64,000 nt of DNA, taken from the NCBI GenBank assembly GCA_963662285.2, contig CAXXMV010000002.1:960001-1024000 (forward strand), written 5' to 3'. Positions 39,117 through 47,699 of the stretch are shown piece after piece. Every line of letters begins with the position of its first letter. Position 1 is the stretch's first letter. The notes below the pieces were generated by a model, which saw only the letters and a program-made list of their open reading frames with translations, ran no database searches and was not told the origin of the DNA. The translations under genes were made by a program, and so were the position numbers. Source of the DNA: a bacterium. GTDB lineage: Bacteria; Hinthialibacterota; Hinthialibacteria; Hinthialibacterales; Hinthialibacteraceae.

Positions 39117-40136
39117 TTATGCTTTTTTAAGGGTGATATAGCGCTCATGAATGAAATCGGTTGCAAGAAATCCTAATAAAACATGTATCGGGATGAACAT
39201 TTGACTGAATAAATCCCAATCCAATCGGCCTAAATCCGGATGCCAGACGGTTGTCCATAATAATCCCATTATTGAACAAATCAATAAATATTGTCTGAAT
39301 GCAGTATTAATCCGTGTACGTAATAGGATTAATAATGGAATTTCTATAGGGAATAATTGCAAAAAAGAACCTTTCCAGTGGAAATATGATAGCAGTTCCC
39401 AGTGTGATAGCGAAAAAAAGGTGAATAACTGCCCTTTGCGGTTGATATTAAAAAGAGGAGTTAGTCTTCCCATATCCAGATCAGGTCCTTCGCGGGGGAA
39501 AATCAGTATGATTGCTATAGATAAGGTAATGAATCCTACAAAAGGAACCAGGAATTCCCATGGTTTTAATTTTGGATTCCTTCGCATAACCCAAAATAAA
39601 CCTGGTAAATAGAATAAGGCCAGCATGTGAAACAAGGCTGCTATGAAAATAAATGCGGCGGCGGGCCATAAAGGCCATCGACCAGTTAGATAGCGTTCAG
39701 TCGCTAAAAAAGATAGTAATAGAAAAAGGTTGACCCAGGCGTAACTTTCAACTTCACCCACGAATACAAGAAACGAACCTGATAATATGTTAATTATAAG
39801 GAATAACGGGTGTCGGCTTAGCGAGAAAAGTACTTGTAAAGCGATGGCGCCAGCTAATGAGCTGCTCAGGGATATGGCGTTCCAGGCTGACCAGCCCCAG
39901 GGTTTTAATATAGTATAGACTGTTTTATGCATAATGGTTGTGAGAGAGGAATGCATCAATACAACCCAGTCTTTTTCCGCTAGTTCTTCTGTGTAATGTC
40001 CATCGCCGGTATATGGCATTATCCAATCGATTTGCCCCAACCAGAAAAGAAACAGCGCCAGAACAATGGTCAGCGGTATCCGGCTCAACCAAAATAAAAC
40101 CGTTTTGTAGGAGTGAGTAGAGGTAGTTGGCTGCAT
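39117..40136 (-). CDS. Hypothetical polytopic membrane protein (possibly GT-C-like)
   Basis: About 9 hydrophobic segments; GDG, EVESY and DWDLFS loop motifs. Confidence 0.65.
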   Translation of the reverse strand: MQPTTSTHSYKTVLFWLSRIPLTIVLALFLFWLGQIDWIMPYTGDGHYTEELAEKDWVVLMHSSLTTIMHKTVYTILKPWGWSAWNAISLSSSLAGAIALQVLFSLSRHPLFLIINILSGSFLVFVGEVESYAWVNLFLLLSFLATERYLTGRWPLWPAAAFIFIAALFHMLALFYLPGLFWVMRRNPKLKPWEFLVPFVGFITLSIAIILIFPREGPDLDMGRLTPLFNINRKGQLFTFFSLSHWELLSYFHWKGSFLQLFPIEIPLLILLRTRINTAFRQYLLICSIMGLLWTTVWHPDLGRLDWDLFSQMFIPIHVLLGFLATDFIHERYITLKKA

Positions 40137-40332
40137 GGAAATTAAATAATCCTGATAAATAAACTTGTATTAATGGATAATAGCCTTGATAGATCATTGG
40201 CAATAGGCATTGGTTTTCTCATCATGTATCTTGCGCAATGTCAGGAAATATGGATTAAGTTTTGATTAAGTGTATTCTAGCGATATGCTATATAAGTGTA
40301 GCTCGAATCAATTGTCGAAGAGGCTTTATAAT

Positions 40333-41166
40333 ATGAATACATTAGAGCAGAAATACCAACAACTTAAAGAAGTATTGCAGGAGATGGGCAGCGTCGTGAT
40401 TGGCTATTCCGGCGGAGTTGATAGCACCTTCCTTGCCAAGGCAGCCACAGATGTCCTGGGAGACCGTGCTTTGTCGGTGGCTGCCATCAGCCCTAGCTAC
40501 CCCAAGCATGAACATGATGAAGCCAAACAGTTCGCCATTGATCTGGGATTAAATTTCGATACGGTCTCGACAACCGAAATGGATAATCCTGATTATCGCA
40601 AGAATGCTCCCGACCGTTGTTATCATTGCAAAAAAGAACTTATTGTACTTCTGAAAAATTTGGCGCGGGAGCGTGGTTTTAATGTGGTTGCTTTAGGCGC
40701 TAATTTTGATGATTTGGGCGACTACCGCCCCGGACAGAAAGCCGCCAAAGAAGAAGGCGTACGAAATCCAATGATGGAATTGAAAATAACCAAGGATGAT
40801 ATCCGCGCCCTTTCCAAAATACTTAATATCCCTACATGGGATAAACCATCTTTCGCATGCCTCTCATCCCGGATTCCATACGGAATTGAAATTACTCCTG
40901 AAAAATTGAGTATGGTTGATAAAGCTGAACAAATCATGCGTGAGTATAATTTCGGACAGTTCCGCGTCCGGCACCATAATGACGTCGCCCGGATCGAACT
41001 TTTGCCAGAAGATATGGCGAAATTGCTTCATTTACGCGAAGAGATTGCGCAACGTCTCAAAGATATCGGCTATGCATATATTGCAATGGACTTACTCGGT
41101 TACCGCACCGGCAGTATGAACGAGGTTCTTTATAAGCTAGATAGTCCACCCATCATGGTAAAATGA
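40333..41166 (+). CDS. larE: ATP-dependent sulfur transferase, LarE family (PP-loop)
   Basis: YSGGVDS, RCYHCK, DDLGDYRPG, WDKPSFACLSSRIPYG, RVRHH, GYRTGSMN. Confidence 0.92.
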   Translation: MNTLEQKYQQLKEVLQEMGSVVIGYSGGVDSTFLAKAATDVLGDRALSVAAISPSYPKHEHDEAKQFAIDLGLNFDTVSTTEMDNPDYRKNAPDRCYHCKKELIVLLKNLARERGFNVVALGANFDDLGDYRPGQKAAKEEGVRNPMMELKITKDDIRALSKILNIPTWDKPSFACLSSRIPYGIEITPEKLSMVDKAEQIMREYNFGQFRVRHHNDVARIELLPEDMAKLLHLREEIAQRLKDIGYAYIAMDLLGYRTGSMNEVLYKLDSPPIMVK

Positions 41167-41230
41167 CTTTTGATCGGTTACTATAACCTTGCTTGAATTA
41201 TTGTATCGCAACTATTTAGGCAGGTGAAAA

Positions 41231-42211
41231 ATGAGTGACCGAACCAAACAGGCGACCATGTCCCGGCTTATCGATCTGGTCAATTACATCCAGGGCAATG
41301 AAAAAGTTACTGCGGAAACTCTGGCTAACCGGTTCTCTATTTCTGAATCGGCTGTTTACCAGGATTTACGCGAACTCAATGCAGTAGGCATCCCGGTATT
41401 CTTCTCTTCTACAGGACTTTGCATCCCTCCAGTCCACTCAGCCTTACCCCAATATTCCATAGATGAATCCATGTTGATCTATATGGGGCTTACCATGTTG
41501 TATTCCAAAGGAATGGTTGATCACGATCAATTACAAACTCTTCGTTCGCGGCTGTTTCCTTCCGCTGAAGAAACGGATAAAATCAATATCTTCGATTCCG
41601 CAAAGCATTCCCAGGCGCCAGTGACTAATCCGGTTGATGCCGGCATAATGTCTATATTGAATAATGCCGTGCTTGATAAGCAGCGAGTTCGCATGACCTA
41701 CCGTTCTCGCAGCAACGCCAATCCGGGCGTCAGGGAACTAAGCCCTTATACTTTAGTTTTTCGTAAAGAGTCGTGGTATGTTATTGGTTATTGCCATCGA
41801 CGCAGGGAGTTGCGCACTTTCAAGACGTCGCGCATCGAAAAGATTGAATATTCAAAAGATGCTTTTCAGGTTGATGAAGAATTTGACGCAGATGAATATA
41901 TGATGTATCGCTGGTATATTATGGGGGGCGATCCGGAATTGGTTATTGTCCGTTTCAGTGGTGATGTCGCGCCTCTTATTTTAGAGAAGAAAGTGTCTCA
42001 TGGCAGCGTCTGGCGTGAAGACGACTATGTTTATATGCAGACCCTGGTATCCAACCTTGAAGAATTTAGCTGGTGGGTTATGCAATACGGCGAATTGGCC
42101 GAAGTATTGCAGCCGCGCCAATTGAGAAAGATTCTGGCCAAACGATGCTCTAAAATGGCCAATATGTACTCTAAGGCCATATTTGAACGCAGCAGGAGAG
42201 TGAAACGATGA
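41231..42211 (+). CDS. HTH-WYL-WCX transcriptional regulator (YafY/PafB-like)
   Basis: N-terminal wHTH (LANRFSISESAVYQDL); PYTL...WYVIGYC...LRTFKTSRI; C-terminal EVLQP..LR. Confidence 0.92.
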   Translation: MSDRTKQATMSRLIDLVNYIQGNEKVTAETLANRFSISESAVYQDLRELNAVGIPVFFSSTGLCIPPVHSALPQYSIDESMLIYMGLTMLYSKGMVDHDQLQTLRSRLFPSAEETDKINIFDSAKHSQAPVTNPVDAGIMSILNNAVLDKQRVRMTYRSRSNANPGVRELSPYTLVFRKESWYVIGYCHRRRELRTFKTSRIEKIEYSKDAFQVDEEFDADEYMMYRWYIMGGDPELVIVRFSGDVAPLILEKKVSHGSVWREDDYVYMQTLVSNLEEFSWWVMQYGELAEVLQPRQLRKILAKRCSKMANMYSKAIFERSRRVKR

Positions 42212-42870
42212 CTGATTATATACCTTTGACATTTGGCATGGAGGCGCTCTATCCACCGATGGCATTGCCATCGGCTGCGCTTCGAGATTTCTATAACCGG
42301 CTGGCTGATCCATGCCGCTTTACCGAGTTTCGTCAACTGGGGGGAGGGCAGGGAGCGCGGCTTGCTGAAGGAAACAATAGACATCTGACTATAGCCAACG
42401 ACCGTTTCATCTACCGGGATGAATATACCCAACGCATATTTCCCACTTTCTGTGAGGATATTCAGCAATTCCTGGTCGCTTTTAGAGAAATTCTGCGCAT
42501 CCCTGTTTTATTGCATAGCAAAGTGCTGGTAAGGTTGCTGATGCCCTATACCGGTTCCGAATCAACAGTGGAGTATTTTCAGCGTAACCTGGTAGGTTCT
42601 GCTCAGGAGCAGTTTAAGCATTTTACCCGTCCTGCTTCAGGATTGGGAATTAAACTTGTCTTCCCGCCCAACCAGCAAATGCGTTCCACCTATCAACTGC
42701 GTATTGAGCCTTACCTGCGCGATGCGAAGATGTTCTTTTTTGAAAACAGTTCTCAGTTTTTCGATCCAATTATTGATTTCAGCGCCAAGCCCACATACCT
42801 GGATGAGACCTATGATTTCCTCAAAGAACAGGCCGGCCCTTTCTTATTAGGATTAGGTGAACCGAAATAG
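42208..42870 (+). CDS. Hypothetical alpha/beta protein translationally coupled to the WYL gene
   Basis: ATGA start/stop overlap; 220-aa ORF with plausible globular composition. Confidence 0.8.
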   Translation: MTDYIPLTFGMEALYPPMALPSAALRDFYNRLADPCRFTEFRQLGGGQGARLAEGNNRHLTIANDRFIYRDEYTQRIFPTFCEDIQQFLVAFREILRIPVLLHSKVLVRLLMPYTGSESTVEYFQRNLVGSAQEQFKHFTRPASGLGIKLVFPPNQQMRSTYQLRIEPYLRDAKMFFFENSSQFFDPIIDFSAKPTYLDETYDFLKEQAGPFLLGLGEPK

Positions 42871-42977
42871 GTGGATATTAAATCGAAGGTTTCCGCATCA
42901 AGGGCTGAGCGCAATGCGCTCTTGCCCTTGCCACCCGTCTTCTTATTAGGATTAGGTGAAGGTGAAACGAAATAGGT
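42841..42977 (+). repeat. Direct duplication of a gene 3' end flanking a family A hairpin
   Basis: TTCTTATTAGGATTAGGTGAA at 42841-42861 and 42940-42960, each followed by CGAAATAGGT; hairpin at 42897-42936 between them. Confidence 0.85.
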
Positions 42978-43080
42978 TGGTTGTCGCTTGATTTTTATGG
43001 AATGATTTTAAAAAGGTTGTATGTTGAATTGAAATTGAGTGCATCAAGGGCTGGCTGTATTGCTGTCTGAAGATGATGAA

Positions 43081-43111
43081 GTGAATGGGTAATAAAAAAT
43101 GTACCCATTCA
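43081..43111 (-). terminator. Hairpin at the 3' end of the 43109-44014 gene
   Basis: GTGAATGGGTA...TACCCATTCAC. Confidence 0.5.
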
Positions 43112-44014
43112 CTTTTGAGATGATTTGAAACAAGAAAGATATTTATTTTTAAGTGTCCGATAGCGCTCTAAATTTTCACAAATATGAGTGCTCGCACCAT
43201 GCCAATCGGTCTTAGCTTCAATCATACATTGGATCTTTTTAGCTATTTGCGGTTCTGAAGATAGGTTAAGTTCATTTAGAATACTCTTATCCATTACCAT
43301 CAGAAATCCTGCTGATCTAAGACGCAATAATTCGCTTAATGAATCATCATGAACCGCCTTCACCAGCAAAGGAATAGAAACATCAGGATTACTCAATATG
43401 GCATCCGATGCAGGCCAAAATTTTCTATGTTGTTCCTCAGTCAAATCTTTGTTGTAGGTTTCTTCGACTAAAGAATCTATAGAACATAACATGCCAGCTT
43501 CAGAACCAGATCCAAAAAAAACTTTTGAAAATTTTAGAAACGGTTCGATATCAATGATGCTGGCTGATGAATTTGCAATTGTTATAGCTGCCAATAATAA
43601 ATCTAATTCCAGTTCAGGTTCATTCATCTCCAATGCGCCGTAGTTAATATAACCGTTAAGCCAATCTTCTTTACTCGTCTTGCTTGAAATTGAATTTATT
43701 GTATCCTGCAGGATATATTTAAGATTCGCATCGCCAAGCAATCCGCTGTTATTCAAATCCTGAATCCGTCGACCAACTAAAAATGTAAAACCATTGTACC
43801 TAAGGCGGCTTACATCATCAAACGGAAAGCCCAGTTTCAATTCCTTCGCGGTTGATGCAATGGATTTACAATTCTCAAGAGTACGAATGGACTTCCATTT
43901 TTCAATAGACTGATAAAATTGGCTCTTCTCCAAAGAGTCGCTCATTCCTACATTAACAGCGCCAAATAACAATAATCCGGTTATAAAACTGGTTAACACT
44001 TTATTTCTTTTCAT
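43109..44014 (-). CDS. Exported hypothetical protein (helical, orphan-like)
   Basis: AGGAG RBS; N-terminal signal MKRNKVLTSFITGLLLFGAVNVG; AT-rich codon usage. Confidence 0.7.
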   Translation of the reverse strand: MKRNKVLTSFITGLLLFGAVNVGMSDSLEKSQFYQSIEKWKSIRTLENCKSIASTAKELKLGFPFDDVSRLRYNGFTFLVGRRIQDLNNSGLLGDANLKYILQDTINSISSKTSKEDWLNGYINYGALEMNEPELELDLLLAAITIANSSASIIDIEPFLKFSKVFFGSGSEAGMLCSIDSLVEETYNKDLTEEQHRKFWPASDAILSNPDVSIPLLVKAVHDDSLSELLRLRSAGFLMVMDKSILNELNLSSEPQIAKKIQCMIEAKTDWHGASTHICENLERYRTLKNKYLSCFKSSQK

Positions 44015-44198
44015 AATTATCACTCCTTATGGTTTGATTAATTCGGGAAAGTTGTACCTACTGGCGGATTTGCCCACTCAGCGATAGGGCTAGGGAGATG
44101 CTGCCAACTCCATGCACTGTTTCCTTGATAGCATGAAGCACAATTCCCTTCATCGTCATTGCGAAGAAGCAATTTAACAGAACAGCCTCGAGAAGGAG

Positions 44199-44233
44199 CG
44201 AGTGCTAAGGGAAGTGTATTTTCTGCCCTTGAT
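44199..44233 (-). repeat. Hairpin repeat, family A (reverse orientation)
   Basis: Reverse complement is ATCAAGGGCAGAAAATACACTTCCCTTAGCACTCG. Confidence 0.7.
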
Positions 44234-44383
44234 TGAGTTTACCTCTTTTATTCCAATAATTTGTCTCAACGTATTACTCAACAAATTGAATTATGATTAA
44301 CGTTCAATTATTAATTGTTGGATTGAAATCAGAATATAAACGTGAATATTATAGGAATTCTTCCGTTTCTCGTTAGTTTTCGT

Positions 44384-44473
44384 TCAAGGGCAGAAAGGAC
44401 GCTGCCCTTGGCACCCGTATTGATCTCTTCATAGCCATTAATAATAACAAAACTTCTGTGTAAAGATCAGCCC
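44384..44473 (+). repeat. Family A hairpin plus the right end of a 26290-type MITE
   Basis: TCAAGGGCAG-aaaggacg-CTGCCCTTGGCACCCGTATTG, then AACAAAACTTCTGTGTAAAGATCAGCCC (44446-44473), matching the 26290-26436 termini. Confidence 0.7.
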
Positions 44474-44613
44474 CATGCATAAAGCAACAGTATTCAGACA
44501 AAAAGAAAATGTAGTATGCCTTAAACCTTGATTCCCCTCTTTTTTCCTATCCACTTGTAAGAAAATACCTCTATTCTCCGTCATGTATTAGTGAAAGCGT
44601 TTTTTCAGGCGGT

Positions 44614-45237
44614 GTGAGCTCCACCGAAAACGAATTAATGAGGAAGACTATGAGAAAAGGACGTATGGATTGGGTAACGGAATTATCCGAACGGTATGGG
44701 CGCATGGTGTTTTCAACTGCTTACCGGATTCTGGGGAATCCCCAGGATGCGGAAGACGTCCTGCAGGAAGTGTTTCTAAAACTGCTGGGCAAATGGAACT
44801 GGCGGATAAAACCGGATGCCGTGCGGGATTGGGGCGCTTACCTGCGGGTAATGGCGCTTAGAACGTCAGTCGACTTGTTGCGCAGAAAACCGAAATATAA
44901 AGAGGCGAGTTGGGAACTGGTTCAGGAACAAGAGGCGCCAGGCGGGAGTCCCAGGCATCTGGCCAGCCAAAAACAAAAAGCCCGTTTTCTACGTCAGGCG
45001 CTTGCTCAACTACCAGAGCGTGATGCAAAAGTTTTCGCTATGCGATTCTTCGAGAATTTTGCCTATGATGCAATCGCCGAAAACCTGAACATCAGCGTCA
45101 ACCAGGTTGGCGTGATTCTTCACCGCACACGGGAACGTCTCAAGGAAATTCTACCATCCATAGAGTCCAACATAGATGAATCAAAAAATGATGATACGGA
45201 TCGATCAAGACTTAACAAGGAGATAAACCATGCCTAA
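44614..45237 (+). CDS. ECF-family RNA polymerase sigma factor
   Basis: AYRILGNPQDAEDVLQEVFL (region 2); region 4 HTH, LHRTRERLK; true start may be a downstream ATG. Confidence 0.92.
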   Translation: MSSTENELMRKTMRKGRMDWVTELSERYGRMVFSTAYRILGNPQDAEDVLQEVFLKLLGKWNWRIKPDAVRDWGAYLRVMALRTSVDLLRRKPKYKEASWELVQEQEAPGGSPRHLASQKQKARFLRQALAQLPERDAKVFAMRFFENFAYDAIAENLNISVNQVGVILHRTRERLKEILPSIESNIDESKNDDTDRSRLNKEINHA

Positions 45238-46447
45238 GAACGATAATGATAAACAAGTAGTAGAGTTGTTCCAAAACGATGACATGGGAACTCTTCAGGA
45301 CTGGGTCGATGCCGTGTTGGAAGACGAACCGGATGAAACGCAGTGGCAGGCAGCCCGGTGCAATCTGGCGGCGTCGCTTGAAACTAATACCAAGGAGAAC
45401 TTTATCATGAGAGCCATTCGAAATTCAATATTAGGACAATACCGCTGGGTAACAATAAGCGTCTTTGCAGTTTTAATTATTGCCATTGTCGGTGGAATAG
45501 GACTATGGAATCCCAAGCCGGGCCTGGTCTTCGCAGAAGTTCTGGAGCAGGTCCGACAGGTGCACACTTTCCATTTTACCAACATAGTGGAGATGGAAAA
45601 TCAAACAATGGAAATGCAGACGGATTATATGGATCCCGGTAAACAGCGGTTGGTTATGTCTAATGGCAGTATCATTATTATGGATATGGCGCAGGGTAAA
45701 ACCATCAGCTTGACTCCTTCAGCTAAGATGGCTTCGGTGGTCGATTTTTCCGATGATCCTAACTTGCAGCCTCAGGAAAACCTGATTGAAACGCTGCGCA
45801 AACTTGAAGATGGCGCCGAGGAACTCCTGGGTCAGAAAGAAATGGATGGGAAACTGGTCTATGGATTCAAGGTGATTATGGCAGGCCGGGATTTTGTTAT
45901 CTGGGCCGATCTGAAATCTGGACTCCCGGTACGGATTGAAATTCAGCAAGCCATGTATGGCGCCATGAAGATCATAATGACAGATTTTGAATACAATATA
46001 GATATGGATGAATCATTGTTCAGCCTGGAACCGCCTGCTGATTATAAGTTGATCACACTGGATAAACCAGATTTGGGAGCGCCGACTGAAACTGATCTCA
46101 TCGAGACTATGAAACTGGTCACTAATGATAAAAATAAATCTTTCCCGAAAGATTTGGATCTTATGACTTTATCGAAACAATATGGTTTAAGTAATCCGTT
46201 TCAAAGCGCCAAACCATCCAATGATGATATCGCGAAATTCGCCAACAATTTTGCAAAATTGAGCCGGGGAGCAATGTTTTTCCAACAGAACATAGATAAT
46301 GACTGGCATTACGAACCGGAAGGCAAAAAACTTGGAGATTCAGAGCCGTTATGCTGGTGGAGGGCTGTCAATTCAGAAACCTACCGGGTGATTTATTGCG
46401 ACTTGACTGTTGCGGATGTATCACTGGACGAGTTTGTGAAAGAATAA
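45230..46447 (+). CDS. Putative anti-sigma factor: single TM plus periplasmic LolA-like domain
   Basis: Overlaps the ECF stop; TM near aa 75-93; WADLKSGLPVRIE...DFEYN...LFSLEPPADY LolA-fold signature. Confidence 0.75.
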   Translation: MPKNDNDKQVVELFQNDDMGTLQDWVDAVLEDEPDETQWQAARCNLAASLETNTKENFIMRAIRNSILGQYRWVTISVFAVLIIAIVGGIGLWNPKPGLVFAEVLEQVRQVHTFHFTNIVEMENQTMEMQTDYMDPGKQRLVMSNGSIIIMDMAQGKTISLTPSAKMASVVDFSDDPNLQPQENLIETLRKLEDGAEELLGQKEMDGKLVYGFKVIMAGRDFVIWADLKSGLPVRIEIQQAMYGAMKIIMTDFEYNIDMDESLFSLEPPADYKLITLDKPDLGAPTETDLIETMKLVTNDKNKSFPKDLDLMTLSKQYGLSNPFQSAKPSNDDIAKFANNFAKLSRGAMFFQQNIDNDWHYEPEGKKLGDSEPLCWWRAVNSETYRVIYCDLTVADVSLDEFVKE

Positions 46448-46470
46448 TTACATATATCTAATTATTATTA

Positions 46471-46511
46471 AGGAGGGAAAGGTAGTTTGATCAAATCTAC
46501 TTTTCCCTCCT
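46471..46511 (+). terminator. Terminator-like hairpin
   Basis: AGGAGGGAAAGGTAG...CTACTTTTCCCTCCT. Confidence 0.65.
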
Positions 46512-46516
46512 CAAAG

Positions 46517-46560
46517 AATCCTGCCCCTCCTGAAAATCCTGTATATCCAGATTCAGACAA
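46517..46560 (+). repeat. ATCC-periodic repeat, family E
   Basis: AATCCTGCCCCTCCTGAAAATCCTGTATATCCAGATTCAGACAA. Confidence 0.55.
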
Positions 46561-46916
46561 AAAAATCAATTCATACACATATAAATTGGAAAAATAATAT
46601 GATAACATGTCGAAATCTAAATTGGGTTTTTGTTTATTTATTTGCTTTGTTTGGCATTTATGTATTCTTTTTCTTCCAAACAGGGAATTTGTATAAAATA
46701 TTTATTTTTTCGTATGGATCAATTTTATAAAATACTATCAAAAATCATAATCGCTTCATGGTCATATAAATTCACTTTGATATGGATGATGGGATATTTG
46801 TATCTTTTTTTACCTAGATCAAAGGTTATACGCGTTGTGTAGTTATTATGTTTGAATGGATTTTGTTTATATATTCGTTCAAATTAAATAAATATATTTG
46901 ATGAGGAGGAAATAGT

Positions 46917-47660
46917 ATGTCACATCAACCTATGGATAATGGGAATCAAGCATCAGAGAAAGATTCTCGTTACTATGATGTCAACTTTTTTAAACCCAAA
47001 ACAGACCATTCCCGGTCGAATCGGAACATGATTGTTATTATGGTTTTGATTTGGGCGGTAGCTGTTTTTGGATTCCAGTTTGCACTGGTAATTTTTAATC
47101 AAGCCACGCCGGAAGATAGTTACACCAGTTTTGAAACAGTATGGCCCAAAATTCAGGATGGAAGCGCCAGCGCCAGCGAGCAGCAGGAATTCGCACGGAT
47201 TACGCTTTCTGTTATTGGTAAAAATATTGCCCTCATGGCTGATGATAAAGAAATTTTGCAGGATACCTTGACGCAAACCGTCGTTGGGTTGCTGCCCGCA
47301 GATCAAAAATCGGCGTTTCAAGCAAATCTGGCCGATGACGCCAAGAAACAGCAGGCCGTGACATCCGCTATACAAGCCATAGGATTAAAAGACTCCGGTT
47401 TCGATAAACTGCGCGCTGATTTACTGCCTTCTTCTCTTATTGCTAAAACCTCTGGTAAATTAAGCAAAGATATCCCAGGTATTATGGAACTTTATTTAGT
47501 TCATAATCAAAGTTTTCTGACTAATTTCATCTTTATGGGTTTTCCTTTCCACTATTGGTACACTGCTCAATTCTTGCTGATTCTTTTTGTCGTTATATGC
47601 CTGATATACGCGGCTTTTACTGACAAAATGAATACGAAATATGATTTTGCTGACGAGTAA
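46917..47660 (+). CDS. DUF4212-type small partner of an SSS transporter, with a large loop insertion
   Basis: N..MIVIMVLIWAVAVFGF (TM1) and GFPFHYWYTAQ..LFV..IYA..KYD (TM2); directly upstream of the SSS gene. Confidence 0.8.
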   Translation: MSHQPMDNGNQASEKDSRYYDVNFFKPKTDHSRSNRNMIVIMVLIWAVAVFGFQFALVIFNQATPEDSYTSFETVWPKIQDGSASASEQQEFARITLSVIGKNIALMADDKEILQDTLTQTVVGLLPADQKSAFQANLADDAKKQQAVTSAIQAIGLKDSGFDKLRADLLPSSLIAKTSGKLSKDIPGIMELYLVHNQSFLTNFIFMGFPFHYWYTAQFLLILFVVICLIYAAFTDKMNTKYDFADE

Positions 47661-47699
47661 GAGTTTTTTATAACATACATTTTTTAATAGGAGATAAGC

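Noticed and set aside
46630-46842. 70-aa ORF upstream of DUF4212
   Set aside because: TTG start, no RBS, and extremely AT-rich promoter-like DNA; likely spurious.
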